64,000 nt of DNA from assembly GCA_963707025.1 (NCBI GenBank), contig CAVPOM010000006.1, forward strand, positions 704,001-768,000, written 5' to 3'. Both the position numbers and the translations under genes were made by a program. The notes beneath the pieces are model-generated. The model searched no databases, was not told the DNA's origin, and saw only the letters and a program-made list of their open reading frames with translations. Below are positions 28,561 through 38,501 of this stretch, in pieces; positions within the stretch are counted from its first letter, which is position 1, and each line of letters begins with the position of its first letter. The stretch comes from an uncultured Verrucomicrobiae bacterium. GTDB taxonomy: Bacteria; Verrucomicrobiota; Verrucomicrobiia; Limisphaerales; Palsa-1400.

Positions 28561-29491
28561 GAGCCTGAGCGAACGCGAGGTTCTTTCCCTGGCCATCGCG
28601 CTGGAGGAAGAGGACGCCAAGGTCTATGACAACTTCGCCGAAGGGTTGCGCGAAAGCTATCCGGCGCAGGCCGCCAAGTTCGATGAAATGCGCCGGGACG
28701 AGGACGGGCATCGCCACCGGCTGCTCGAACTTTTCCAAAGCCGTTTTGGCGGCCACCTTCCCTTGGTGCGGCGCGAGGACGTGCGCGGATTCATCAAGCG
28801 GCGCCCCATCTGGCTGGAACGGCCGCTCAGTTTGAAGGCGGCGCGAAAGCGGGCCGAATTGATGGAGTTGGAAACGGAACGCTTTTATGAGGTCTCGGCC
28901 CGCCGCGCGACCGATGCCGGCATCCGGCAATTGCTGGGGGATTTGGCGGCCGAGGAGCGCCATCACGCCCTGGCGGCGGAGGCGCTCGGTCAGACCCAGT
29001 TGAGCGACGCCGAAAGAGCCCATGAAAAACGGCGTTTTGCCTTGCAGGTCATCCAACCGGGCCTGGCCGGGCTGATGGACGGCTCGGTCTCAACCCTGGC
29101 TCCGTTGTTTGCCGCCAGATTTGCCACGGGCAACCATTGGGAAACTTTTCTGGTCGGTCTCGCCGCCAGCCTTGGGGCGGGCATCAGCATGGGGTTTGCC
29201 GAAGCGCTGTCAGACGACGGAACGCTCACCGGGCGCGGACATCCCTGGGCGCGCGGCTGGGTCTGCGGGGCCATGACCGCCGCGGGCGGATTGGGGCACA
29301 CACTGCCGTTTTTGATTCATGATATCAACTTTGCCACGGCCCTGGCGCTGGCGGTGGTCTGCGTGGAACTGGGGGTGATCGCCTGGATCCGCCACAAGTA
29401 CATGGACTCGCCGTGGACGGCCGCGACCCTTCAGGTCGTGCTCGGCGGCGTGCTGGTTTTTCTGGTGGGCATGCTCATCGGCAGCTCTTGA
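28547..29491 (+). CDS. mbfA: Rubrerythrin/ferritin-like + VIT1/CCC1 iron exporter
   Basis: LSEREVLSLAIALEEED, two ExxH motifs, IQPGLAGLMDGSVSTLAPLFA, EALSDDG; GGAGG before GTG 28547. Confidence 0.88.
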   Translation: MRSFESLSEREVLSLAIALEEEDAKVYDNFAEGLRESYPAQAAKFDEMRRDEDGHRHRLLELFQSRFGGHLPLVRREDVRGFIKRRPIWLERPLSLKAARKRAELMELETERFYEVSARRATDAGIRQLLGDLAAEERHHALAAEALGQTQLSDAERAHEKRRFALQVIQPGLAGLMDGSVSTLAPLFAARFATGNHWETFLVGLAASLGAGISMGFAEALSDDGTLTGRGHPWARGWVCGAMTAAGGLGHTLPFLIHDINFATALALAVVCVELGVIAWIRHKYMDSPWTAATLQVVLGGVLVFLVGMLIGSS

Positions 29492-29526
29492 CAAACCGTT
29501 AACAACCGCAAACACACAGGAATATT

Positions 29527-30270
29527 ATGACTGACACACATGACCGCGAGGCCTGGGTCAAGGGGGGCGACGCCCTCTGCGCCGCCTTGCCGCCGCCACC
29601 ACCGCACATCTACCGTCTGATCCTGCTGGGCGCGCCGGGCGCCGGCAAGGGCACCCAGGCGGACTTGCTCGGCCAACGCCTCGGGGCGTGCCATCTTTCC
29701 ACCGGCGACGTTTTCCGCGCCGCCAAATCATTGCCCCGGGAGCAGCTCAGCCCGGCCATGCAAACCGCCATCATCTCCATGTCCCGGGGCGAACTGGTCC
29801 AGGACGAGACCGTGCTGGCCCTGGTCCGGGAGCGCTCGCGGTGCCTGCGGTGCCGGGGAGGGTTCTTGCTCGACGGGTTTCCCAGGACGGTCGTCCAAGC
29901 CGAGGCGCTGGACAACCTTTTGAAATGGGAGCGGCGCGCCCTCACCGCCGTTGTCAATTATGATTTGCCCACGGACGTTATCGTCGCCCGGTTGAGCGGG
30001 CGCCGCACCTGCCCGGGGTGCAAGGCCGTCTATCACGAGACGACCCGCCCGCCCAGGACGCCGGGCGTCTGCGACAACTGCGGGGGCAAATTGTATCAAC
30101 GGGAGGATGACCGGGCGGAATCGGTGCGGGTGCGGATGACGGCCTACCAGAAGAGCACCAAGCCGCTGGTAGACTTTTACGAGCGGCGCGGCCTGCTGGT
30201 GACGGTGGCGGCCTCGGGCACGCCGGACGAAATTTGCGAGCGGACCCTGGCCGCGCTGCACGCGCGGTGA
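29527..30270 (+). CDS. adk: Adenylate kinase with Zn-lid
   Basis: GAPGAGKGTQ, HLSTGDVFR, LDGFPRT, CPGC...CDNC, QREDD. Confidence 0.9.
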   Translation: MTDTHDREAWVKGGDALCAALPPPPPHIYRLILLGAPGAGKGTQADLLGQRLGACHLSTGDVFRAAKSLPREQLSPAMQTAIISMSRGELVQDETVLALVRERSRCLRCRGGFLLDGFPRTVVQAEALDNLLKWERRALTAVVNYDLPTDVIVARLSGRRTCPGCKAVYHETTRPPRTPGVCDNCGGKLYQREDDRAESVRVRMTAYQKSTKPLVDFYERRGLLVTVAASGTPDEICERTLAALHAR

Positions 30271-30394
30271 CGGCCTGCGCCGACCCATAGCTGGCTTTGT
30301 TCACGCAGTTGCCAATGTTTAATCGCATTCATATAATGCTGACAGAGGATTTAAGGCGGGAACACAAACAGGCGTCTTTCCTATAATCCGTGAC

Positions 30395-30505
30395 CTCTGC
30401 AAAACGCCTGTAGCGGCGGTCTATGACCGCCGCCATGCCGTTATTTCCCTTGGTTTGCGGCGGTCATAGACCGCCGCTACAATCGTGGACGCGCGTTTTG
30501 CAGAG
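30395..30505. repeat. GTAG-type REP doublet (REPIN-like) inside a second 13-bp inverted repeat
   Basis: Perfect 25-bp IR tgtagcggcggtctatgaccgccgc (30409-30433 / 30457-30481); outer IR ctctgcaaaacgc (30395-30407 / 30493-30505). Confidence 0.85.
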
Positions 30506-30571
30506 ATCTCAATTGGTAATTCGTGAATGTGAATCAATTACTCACGGTCTGCAGAATATAAAGGATGCGGG

Positions 30572-31177
30572 TTAATGATTCGGGTCCGCGTCGCCCAGGC
30601 CCAGCCCGGCCAGGGATTTTCGCAGCGCATGGCGCGCGCGGTAAATCCGCACCTCCACGGCCTTGGGTGTGCAATGCAGAATCCCGGCAATTTCCGCTTG
30701 CGCCAGATTCTCGTACTCGAACAGCACTAGCGCCGCGCGCAAATCCTCCGGCAGCGCCTGCACCGCCGCCCGCACTTGGGCGGCCCGTTCGCCCGCCTGC
30801 AATACTTCCCCCGGCAGCGGAGCATGGTCCGGCATCATTTCCAGGCCGCCGCCGCCCGCCCTCTCTCCTTCGGGCAGCGCAACCTCGGGATGCCGGGCCT
30901 GGCGGCGGTGGCAATCGCGCGCCAGATTGGTCGCGATGGCATAAAGCCAGGTGGTGAATTTCGCGCCGGAACGGAATTTTGCGCGATGACGATAAACCCG
31001 CACGAAGGCTTCCTGCGCGCAATCCTCGGCGTCGGATTGGTTGGATAATTGCCTGAGAAGATAGTGAAACAAGCGCTGGCCGTGGCGCTCCATCAAATCG
31101 TTGAGGGCCGCGTCCTGCCCGCCCGCCAAACGTTCCATGTCTTGCCGGTCTTGTTCATCATGCCCAGGGTCGCTCAT
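30572..31177 (-). CDS. ECF RNA polymerase sigma-70 factor (CnrH-like position)
   Basis: DAEDCAQEAF, FTTWLYAIATN, EIAGILHC...VEVRIYRAR. Confidence 0.9.
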   Translation of the reverse strand: MSDPGHDEQDRQDMERLAGGQDAALNDLMERHGQRLFHYLLRQLSNQSDAEDCAQEAFVRVYRHRAKFRSGAKFTTWLYAIATNLARDCHRRQARHPEVALPEGERAGGGGLEMMPDHAPLPGEVLQAGERAAQVRAAVQALPEDLRAALVLFEYENLAQAEIAGILHCTPKAVEVRIYRARHALRKSLAGLGLGDADPNH

Positions 31178-31668
31178 TGCATCTGGTGCAGTTCATGGCC
31201 GGCGGCGTTCGACGGACTGCCGCCGCCGCCGAGCGTCCGGTCCTGAATCCAATCCAGATAGCGCCGGCCCTCCTCGGGCGGCATGGCGCGGCTGACCTCA
31301 TAAAAATGTTCCAGCATGTTTTCCTGGCATTGCGCGCGCAGTTGCGCGATCTCCGCCAACTTGTTCTCGATCTCCGGCGTCACGTTGTTGGTCCTGGCCA
31401 GCAGCGCCCGCAATTCCTCGTTCCGGGCGGCGATGCGCCCGCACATTTCCCGGCACTTGGGCAGGTAGCCCGCGTGCAGGTCGCTGATGCGCTGGAACTC
31501 GGCGTCGCCGAGCTTGAATTCCTGTTTCAACCACGACAATTCCGGCGTCCCGGCGCGGCGCGCCGCGCGGGTGGGGGCCGTGGCGGAGAGATAGAGGGCG
31601 CAATAGGCCAGCGCCGCCGCCACGATTCCGCAACAGAGAATGGTCAGGCCGCGTCTCATCTCAGTCAT
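31174..31668 (-). CDS. Periplasmic heavy-metal sensor (CnrX/ZraP-like)
   Basis: N-terminal anchor; ELSWLKQEF, H...C..MC, C...MLEH, MPPEEGRRY helical hairpin. Confidence 0.72.
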   Translation of the reverse strand: MTEMRRGLTILCCGIVAAALAYCALYLSATAPTRAARRAGTPELSWLKQEFKLGDAEFQRISDLHAGYLPKCREMCGRIAARNEELRALLARTNNVTPEIENKLAEIAQLRAQCQENMLEHFYEVSRAMPPEEGRRYLDWIQDRTLGGGGSPSNAAGHELHQMQ

Positions 31669-31990
31669 GGTTCTGGTAATAAGGATCAACGGACTGAACA
31701 TACCGGGCCGCCAGTTGGGCGTTCCCGCGCTGCTCACGCGCCTGGCCGCTGGCGTAGCCGGCGATCAACCCGGCGGCCAGCAGCACGGTGACGTAAGCCA
31801 GAGCCACCGCCTTTCTGGCGAAGATGCTTTCCATCCATCCTTGCAAAAATTCCCACGCGCTGGCTTTTCCCGCCGCCTCGGTCTGCTCGATGCGGCGCCA
31901 GACTTGTTCCTTAAAACGCGGCGGCAGCGGCTCGGCGATTCTCCATTGCCTGAGCCATGCGCGCAGAGGGTCATTTTCCGGGGACTTCAT
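31661..31990 (-). CDS. Single-TM anti-sigma factor (CnrY-like position)
   Basis: L..W...PLPPRFKEQVWRRI, one TM helix, YVQSVDPY; first gene of the three-gene ECF operon. Confidence 0.65.
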   Translation of the reverse strand: MKSPENDPLRAWLRQWRIAEPLPPRFKEQVWRRIEQTEAAGKASAWEFLQGWMESIFARKAVALAYVTVLLAAGLIAGYASGQAREQRGNAQLAARYVQSVDPYYQNHD

Positions 31991-32123
31991 AGGTGTTGGG
32001 TGCGCTGGACGGCGTTGCCGCAGTCCAATCTGCATGAGGACACTGTTCGGAACAAGCCAATACCGTTTTCGCAATCATTCTTGGCGCGGGGTTTGTTTTT
32101 CCCGGCTTCACCTTTCCATCCTT

Positions 32124-32151
32124 AATACGCCGCCCTGCCGGAAATCCCTCA
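32124..32151 (-). promoter_or_regulatory. Candidate autoregulated ECF promoter
   Basis: Minus strand TGAGGG-N16-CGTATT upstream of the anti-sigma gene. Confidence 0.4.
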
Positions 32152-32551
32152 CGGTGGGTAATGCGTCCGTCATGGGCGGGCCGGGAGAGCAGGGGCTACT
32201 CCGCCCGTGCGCCATGGTCTTGGCGAAGGCGCCAGCCCGCTGTCGGGCATTGGCAGAGGAAGCAACGTCGCACTGCCGTCGTGCGGCGGGTCCCGATAGT
32301 TCGGGACCGGCCCTGCCGCCCATGACTGACGCGTTACGCGCTTTTTGGTTTGCCGGCTGCAAAGCAAGGTGAGTATTTGCCAAAAGGTGTGGAGTCGCCG
32401 GGCCGCTTCACGGCCAGAGTGTTCCATGAGATAAAGAAGGGTCGAACGCCTGTGCCAGGCCGGGGCATCCGCCTCGGATTTTGGACCAGGCCGATGCCGA
32501 TGAACACATTTAACCAGCCAGGTTTCAAATCACATCTTTCCACATAATCCT

Positions 32552-35312
32552 ATGCCTGCCACCACATCCCCTGCGGGTCCCGAGCGCGTTGAACCCGTCC
32601 ACGACATCCTGAAGGAGACCCTGTCGCGGCCGCTGGACTGCATTTTTTCGCCCAAAGCAGTCGCCCTCATTGGCGCCACGGAATCGCCCAACAGCGTCGG
32701 GCGCACCGTGCTGGAGAACCTGCAGAAGGGCGAGTTCCCCGGCGCGATTTACCCGGTCAACCCAAAGCGCGACCAAGTCCTGGGCGTAAAGGCTTACCCC
32801 GGCATTCTGGCCGTGCCGGACAAGGTTGACTTGGCTGTCATCGTCACGCCACCGGCAACCGTTCCCGGAATCATCCGCGACTGCGCCCAGGCAGGCGTGC
32901 CCGGCGCCGTCATCATTTCGGCCGGGTTCAAGGAAACCGGCGCGGCGGGCCTGGAGCTGGAACGCCAGATCCTGGTGGAGGCCCGGCGCGGCCACATGCG
33001 GGTGGTGGGGCCCAATTGCCTGGGCGTGATGGTGCCCGCCAGGAAGCTGAATGCCACTTTTGCCGCGAGCATGGCCCGGACAGGGACGGTAGGATTCATC
33101 AGCCAGAGCGGCGCGCTCTGCACGGCGGTCCTGGATTGGAGTCTGCACGAAAACGTAGGCTTCAGCGCCTTTGTCTCCATAGGTTCGATGGTGGATGTCG
33201 GCTGGGGCGACTTGATCTTTCACCTGGGTGACGATCCCGGCACCCGCAGCATCGTCATTTACATGGAAACCATCGGCGACGCCCGCGCCTTCCTCTCCGC
33301 GGCCCGGGAAGTTGCCCTGACCAAGCCCATCATCGTCATCAAGCCCGGCCGCAGTTCCGCGGCGGCCAAGGCGGCTGCCTCGCACACCGGCTCATTGACC
33401 GGCAGTGACGAGGTGTTGCAGGCGGCCTTCCAGCGCGCCGGGGTGTTGCGGGTCGAGAACATCTCCGAGTTGTTCGACATGGCCGAAGTTCTTTCCAAGC
33501 AGCCGCGTCCCCGGGGCCCGCACCTGACGCATCATCACCAATGCCGGCGGTCCGGCCGTGCTGGCCACGGACATGCTGATCACCGGCGGCGGCCAGTTGG
33601 CGGAACTGACGCCCGAAACGATGGCGGCCTACAACCAGATTCTGCCCCCTACCTGGAGCCATAACAACCCGGTGGACATCATTGGCGACGCCGGCCCGGA
33701 ATTATACGCCAAGGCGGTGGACCTTGCGGCCAAAGACCCGAATACCGATGGCTTGCTGGTGATCCTGACGCCCCAAGCCATGACGGATGCGACCGCGACG
33801 GCCGAGCAACTCAAGCCCTTCGCCCGCCTGGAAGACAAACCGATCCTGGCCAGTTGGATGGGGGCGGACGAAGTGGAGGGGGGGGAGGACATTCTCAACG
33901 CCGCCAATGTGCCGACCTTTAAATATCCGGACCGGGCGGCCCGGGCCTTCTGTTACATGTGGCGCTACACGCAGAACCTCCGCGCCCTCTACGAAACTCC
34001 CGTGGCGGCGCCCGAATCGGAGGATGTGGCCAGCGCGCGCCACGACGCCGACGCCATGCTCAAGGCCATTCGCCACCAGGGACGCAGCCTGCTGACTGAA
34101 TTTGAGTCCAAGCAACTTCTGGCCGCGCATGGCATCCCTACTGTGGAAACCCATGTCGCCGCCACTGAGGCCGAAGCCGTGGGGCACGCCACCCGCTTGG
34201 GTTTTCCCGTCGTGCTCAAGCTCTACTCGGAAACCATCAGCCATAAGACCGACGTCGGCGGCGTGCAGTTGAACCTGCGCAATGCGACCTCGGTGCGCCG
34301 CGCCTGGCACGCCATTCAAAACTCCGTCGTGGCCAAGGCCGGCGAGGAACATTTCCTGGGCGTGACGGTCCAGCCGATGATCAAATTGGAGGGCTACGAG
34401 TTGATCATCGGCAGCAGCATTGATCCGCAGTTCGGACCGGTGCTGTTGTTTGGCGCTGGCGGTCAGTTGGTGGAAGTCTCCAAGGACCGCGCCCTGGCTT
34501 TGCCGCCGCTCAATGCCACCCTGGCCCGGCGCATGATGGAGGGCACCCGCATCCTCACCGCCTTAAAGGGCGTCCGTGGGCGCGCCGCGGTGGATGTGCC
34601 CGCGCTGGAACAATTGCTGGTGCGCTTCAGCGAGCTGGTGGTGGCGCATCCGTGGATCAAGGAAATTGACATCAATCCGCTCATCGCCGCGCCCGGACGC
34701 CTCCTGGCCCTGGACGCGCGCGTGGTGCTGCACCCGCCCACGACCCCGGAAACGGCGCTGCCCACTCCCGCCATCCGGCCCTATCCGGTGCAATACGTCG
34801 GGGTGTGGAAATCGAAGAACAAAAAGCGCATCGTCATCCGGCCCATCCGTCCGGAAGACGAACCCTTGATGGTGAAGTTCCACCAAACCCTCTCCGAACA
34901 AAGCGTCTATCAACGCTATTTCAGCGTCCTGCAATTGTCGCAGCGCACCGCCCACGAACGGCTGACGCGGATTTGTTTCAATGATTACGACCGCGAGATC
35001 GCGCTGGTGGCCGAACACCGGGAAACCCCGGGGGCGGAACCGTGCATTCTGGGCGTCGGGCGCTTGAGCAAGCTGCACGGCGTGAACGAGGCCGAATTCG
35101 CCCTCCTCGTCAGCGACCCCTGGCAGGGGATCGGGCTGGGCACCGAACTGCTCAGGCGCATCGTGCAGGTCGGCCGCGAGGAGAAACTGAAACGCCTTAT
35201 CGGCCACGTTCTGGCGGACAACCACGCCATGAAGCTGGTTTGCCAGCAGGTCGGGTTCAAAGTCGGGCACGAGGCTGATCACCACGATCTATTGGCCGAA
35301 TTCAAGTATTAA
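32552..35312 (+). CDS. NDP-forming acyl-CoA ligase / GNAT acetyltransferase fusion (Pat/Pka family); frameshift at ~33528-33530
   Basis: [40 protein letters not shown]-terminal GNAT WQGIGLG. Confidence 0.9.
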
Positions 35313-35393
35313 CTCATCCGCCGCGCGGGGGAGCGCGCGCCGGGGTGGCCGGCAAGCACCTGCCATGGCGCGGACCGCCGCAAAGATCAACCC

Positions 35394-37421
35394 ATGATTC
35401 CCAAGCTGACTACTTGCACTTTCTGCGGCACCGGCTGCGGCATTTATTTGGAAACCGAGGGCAACCGGATCGTTGGCGCCTATCCGAGCATGTCGCATCC
35501 GGCCAACAAAGGGAAGATTTGCCTGCGCGGCTGGCATGTGCATGAAGTGGCCAGTTCCCCGGACCGCGTCTTCAGCCCGCTGCTCCGCAGGAACGGCCGG
35601 TTTGAGAAAGCCTCCTGGGGTGAGGCCCTGGACTTCGTCGCCTCACGCCTCGGGAAAATCCGCGACCAATACGGCCCCGAGTCGGTCGCCTTCCTCGACT
35701 CGCCCCGTTGTTCCAACGAGGAAGCCTACCTCACGCAAAAGCTGGCCCGCACCATCATCGGCACCAACAACGTGGATCACGGCGCCGGTGTCTATTGCAA
35801 CAACTCCATCAATGTCCTCCTCGACATGCTCGGCATTGCCGCGGCCACCAACTCCATCGGCGAACTGGCCCGCAGCGGCGTCATCATCGTGGACGGCGTT
35901 GACCTGGGCCGCCAATTGCCGACCATTGGCGGCTGGGTCATTCGCGCAAAACTTAGCGGGACCCGGCTCATCGTCGTGGATTCCCGCCGTCATCGGGTGG
36001 CGGAAAACGCCGACATTTTCCTGCAGATCAAACCCGGCACCGAATCCCTCCTCTACGGCGCCCTGGCCAAGGTCATCGTGGACCGTGGCCTGCTGGACCT
36101 GCCCTTTGTCAAGGCCCGCTGCGAGGGGTGCGAAGCGTTTCTGGCGCGGGTGCGGGATTACGATCTGCTCCAGGCCGCCGAAGGTTGCGGCGTGCCGGCG
36201 GAGTTGATCGAGGAGGCGGCCCTGGCCTACGGCCGGGCGAAGAGCGCGGCCATCCTTTATTCGACCGGGGTGGAAGCCCGCGACGAGGACAGTATCCGCG
36301 GCATCATCAACCTGGCGCTGCTCACCGGCAACTTGGGCAAGGAAGGGGCGGGCGTGTTCCCCTTGACCGAGCACAATAATTTGCAGGGCGTGTGCGACAT
36401 GGGCATGTTGCCGGACCGGTTGCCGGGTTATCAGTCCATCCACAATCCCAAGGCGCGCGCCGCGCTGGAAGGCCTCTGGCGGGCGACGGTGCCCGCCATG
36501 CCGGGGGTGGGAGCCGACACGCTCTTTGCCGGGGGCGGGCGCGCGCCGCTCAAGGCGCTCTGGCTTGGGCGTTATGACCCGATTAGCACGGCGTTTTTCG
36601 GCGACGCCGCCGCCGCGCTGGCCCGCTGCGAACTGGTCGTCGTGCAGCATTTGTTCATGACCGAATCCACCGCCTTCGCCGATGTGGTGCTGCCGGCCAC
36701 GGCCTTCGGCGAGGAACGTGTTTCCTTCACCAGCACCGAGAGACGGATTCAAATCGCCGAGCGCGTGATTGACCCGCCCGAGGGTCCCATGCCCGCCTGG
36801 GAACAACTGACTCGCCTGGCCCGGGCCATGGGCGCCCCCTGGAGTTATGAGTCCGCCGCGGAGGTCATGCGCGAGATCGGGGAGGTCATCCCCTTCTACA
36901 GCGGGGCCAGCCATGACAACTTGATGCGCGATTACGGCCGCCAATGGCCCTGCACCACCGACCGCCCGCTCGGCACCGCGCGTCTGTTTGCCGGGGATGA
37001 AATGGACCGGCCTTTCAAGTTTGTTCCCGTCGCCCGGCCGCCGAAACCGGCCGGAAATCCGGACGGGTTCCCCTTCACTTTGGTCTTCGGACATTCCCTT
37101 TACTATTGGCATCAAAATGTCCTCATCCGGCACAGTGAGACACTCAAGCGCGAATATCGTCTCCTGTTGCTGGATTATCCGGACGGCTTCGTCGAGATCA
37201 ACAGCGACGACGCCAAGCGCCTGGGCATCCGCGACGGCGACCGGATCCGCCTGAGCACGGCCGGCGGCACGCTGACCTCCGCGGCGCGAGTGACGCCGGA
37301 AGTGCGCAGCGGCACGGCGTTTGTTCCGTACTTTGTGCGGCAAATGAAACGGGAAATGCTCGGCCCCACTGGCGACGGCACAGCCCTGGTTCCGGTGCGC
37401 GTGGAAAAGGAGGCGTCATGA
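35394..37421 (+). CDS. FdhF-like molybdopterin oxidoreductase-family protein with a non-canonical active site
   Basis: TTCTFCGTGCG...C [4Fe-4S], GTNNVDH, NNLQGVCDMG, ADVVLPA, FTSTERRIQ. Confidence 0.85.
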   Translation: MIPKLTTCTFCGTGCGIYLETEGNRIVGAYPSMSHPANKGKICLRGWHVHEVASSPDRVFSPLLRRNGRFEKASWGEALDFVASRLGKIRDQYGPESVAFLDSPRCSNEEAYLTQKLARTIIGTNNVDHGAGVYCNNSINVLLDMLGIAAATNSIGELARSGVIIVDGVDLGRQLPTIGGWVIRAKLSGTRLIVVDSRRHRVAENADIFLQIKPGTESLLYGALAKVIVDRGLLDLPFVKARCEGCEAFLARVRDYDLLQAAEGCGVPAELIEEAALAYGRAKSAAILYSTGVEARDEDSIRGIINLALLTGNLGKEGAGVFPLTEHNNLQGVCDMGMLPDRLPGYQSIHNPKARAALEGLWRATVPAMPGVGADTLFAGGGRAPLKALWLGRYDPISTAFFGDAAAALARCELVVVQHLFMTESTAFADVVLPATAFGEERVSFTSTERRIQIAERVIDPPEGPMPAWEQLTRLARAMGAPWSYESAAEVMREIGEVIPFYSGASHDNLMRDYGRQWPCTTDRPLGTARLFAGDEMDRPFKFVPVARPPKPAGNPDGFPFTLVFGHSLYYWHQNVLIRHSETLKREYRLLLLDYPDGFVEINSDDAKRLGIRDGDRIRLSTAGGTLTSAARVTPEVRSGTAFVPYFVRQMKREMLGPTGDGTALVPVRVEKEAS

Positions 37422-38494
37422 AGGCGCGCCTGCTGGCCCTGGCCGACGTACTGAAGATTACGGACCTGCTGCGCGGACGCGGCTACGAGGTCATCGCGCC
37501 GTTCTGCGGGCGCGGCCGGGACAGTTACTTCGACACCGTGACCGACGCGAATCGCATGCAGGTGCAGATTCATCTGCCCAATCCGTATTACCCTCCCAAG
37601 CGCTTTGTCTTTCCGCACATCGAGCGCTTGCTCAAGGTTCGAGGGCCCAACGGTGCCATGAAGATTGAGCCGACTTATGAGGAGCCCCGCCGCGCCATTT
37701 TCGGCATCCGCTCCTGCGATGTCGCCGGCCTGTGGCATCTGGACCGTTTCTACCTGGGCCGTGATTTCCGGGATGTCTATTATGAGAAGCGCCGCAAGAA
37801 TCTCTTCCTGGTCAACGTCGTTTGCACCGACCCGGCGCGCGACATTGGCGAGGACTGCTTTTGTCTGTGCGCCGACACCGGACCGGCCGCGCGCGATCAT
37901 TTTGACTTGCAGCTCATGGACCTGGGTGACGGTGATTTCATGGCCGTGGCCGGAACGCCGGCTGGCGAAGAACTTTTCTCCGAGCCGATTTTCCGCCAGG
38001 CGACCGCCGCGCATGTGGAACGCCGCCGCGCTCTTCTGGCCGGGGTGCGCCAGCAATTCCGCACCACGACCAGTTGGTTTCCCGCCACCGTCCGCTACGT
38101 TTCGCAGGGCGCGATCCTGGACAAGACCTGGGAGGAAATCGGCAACCGCTGCCTGGAATGCGGCGGCTGCACCTACGTCTGTCCCGCCTGCACTTGTTTC
38201 ACCGTGTCCGACCGCCAGGTGGGGCCGGAACAAATCGAGCGCGTGCGGATTTGGGATTCCTGCGCCCTGCGCGGCTTCACGCGCATGGCGGGCGGTTTCA
38301 ACCCCCGCCGCGCGGTGCATGACCGCCGCAACCGCCGCTTTTTCCGCAAGCTGGCGTATTACTTCATCCAGCGCGAACTGTCCATGGCCTGCGTCGGCTG
38401 CGGCCGTTGCGCCGCCGTCTGCCACGGCGACATCGGCATGCCCAGCGTCGTGGAGATGATCCGGCGCGCCGCGCCTAAGAATGAGAAGTCTTAG
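37418..38494 (+). CDS. AsrA / sulfhydrogenase-beta (HydB)-like Fe-S subunit
   Basis: FGIRSCD, CFC, CLECGGCTYVCPACTCF, RIWDSC, CVGCGRCAAVC. Confidence 0.85.
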   Translation: MKARLLALADVLKITDLLRGRGYEVIAPFCGRGRDSYFDTVTDANRMQVQIHLPNPYYPPKRFVFPHIERLLKVRGPNGAMKIEPTYEEPRRAIFGIRSCDVAGLWHLDRFYLGRDFRDVYYEKRRKNLFLVNVVCTDPARDIGEDCFCLCADTGPAARDHFDLQLMDLGDGDFMAVAGTPAGEELFSEPIFRQATAAHVERRRALLAGVRQQFRTTTSWFPATVRYVSQGAILDKTWEEIGNRCLECGGCTYVCPACTCFTVSDRQVGPEQIERVRIWDSCALRGFTRMAGGFNPRRAVHDRRNRRFFRKLAYYFIQRELSMACVGCGRCAAVCHGDIGMPSVVEMIRRAAPKNEKS

Positions 38495-38501
38495 AGCCGA
38501 A

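Noticed and set aside
35394..37421. Selenocysteine-containing formate dehydrogenase
   Set aside because: No in-frame TGA, and the catalytic motif is altered.
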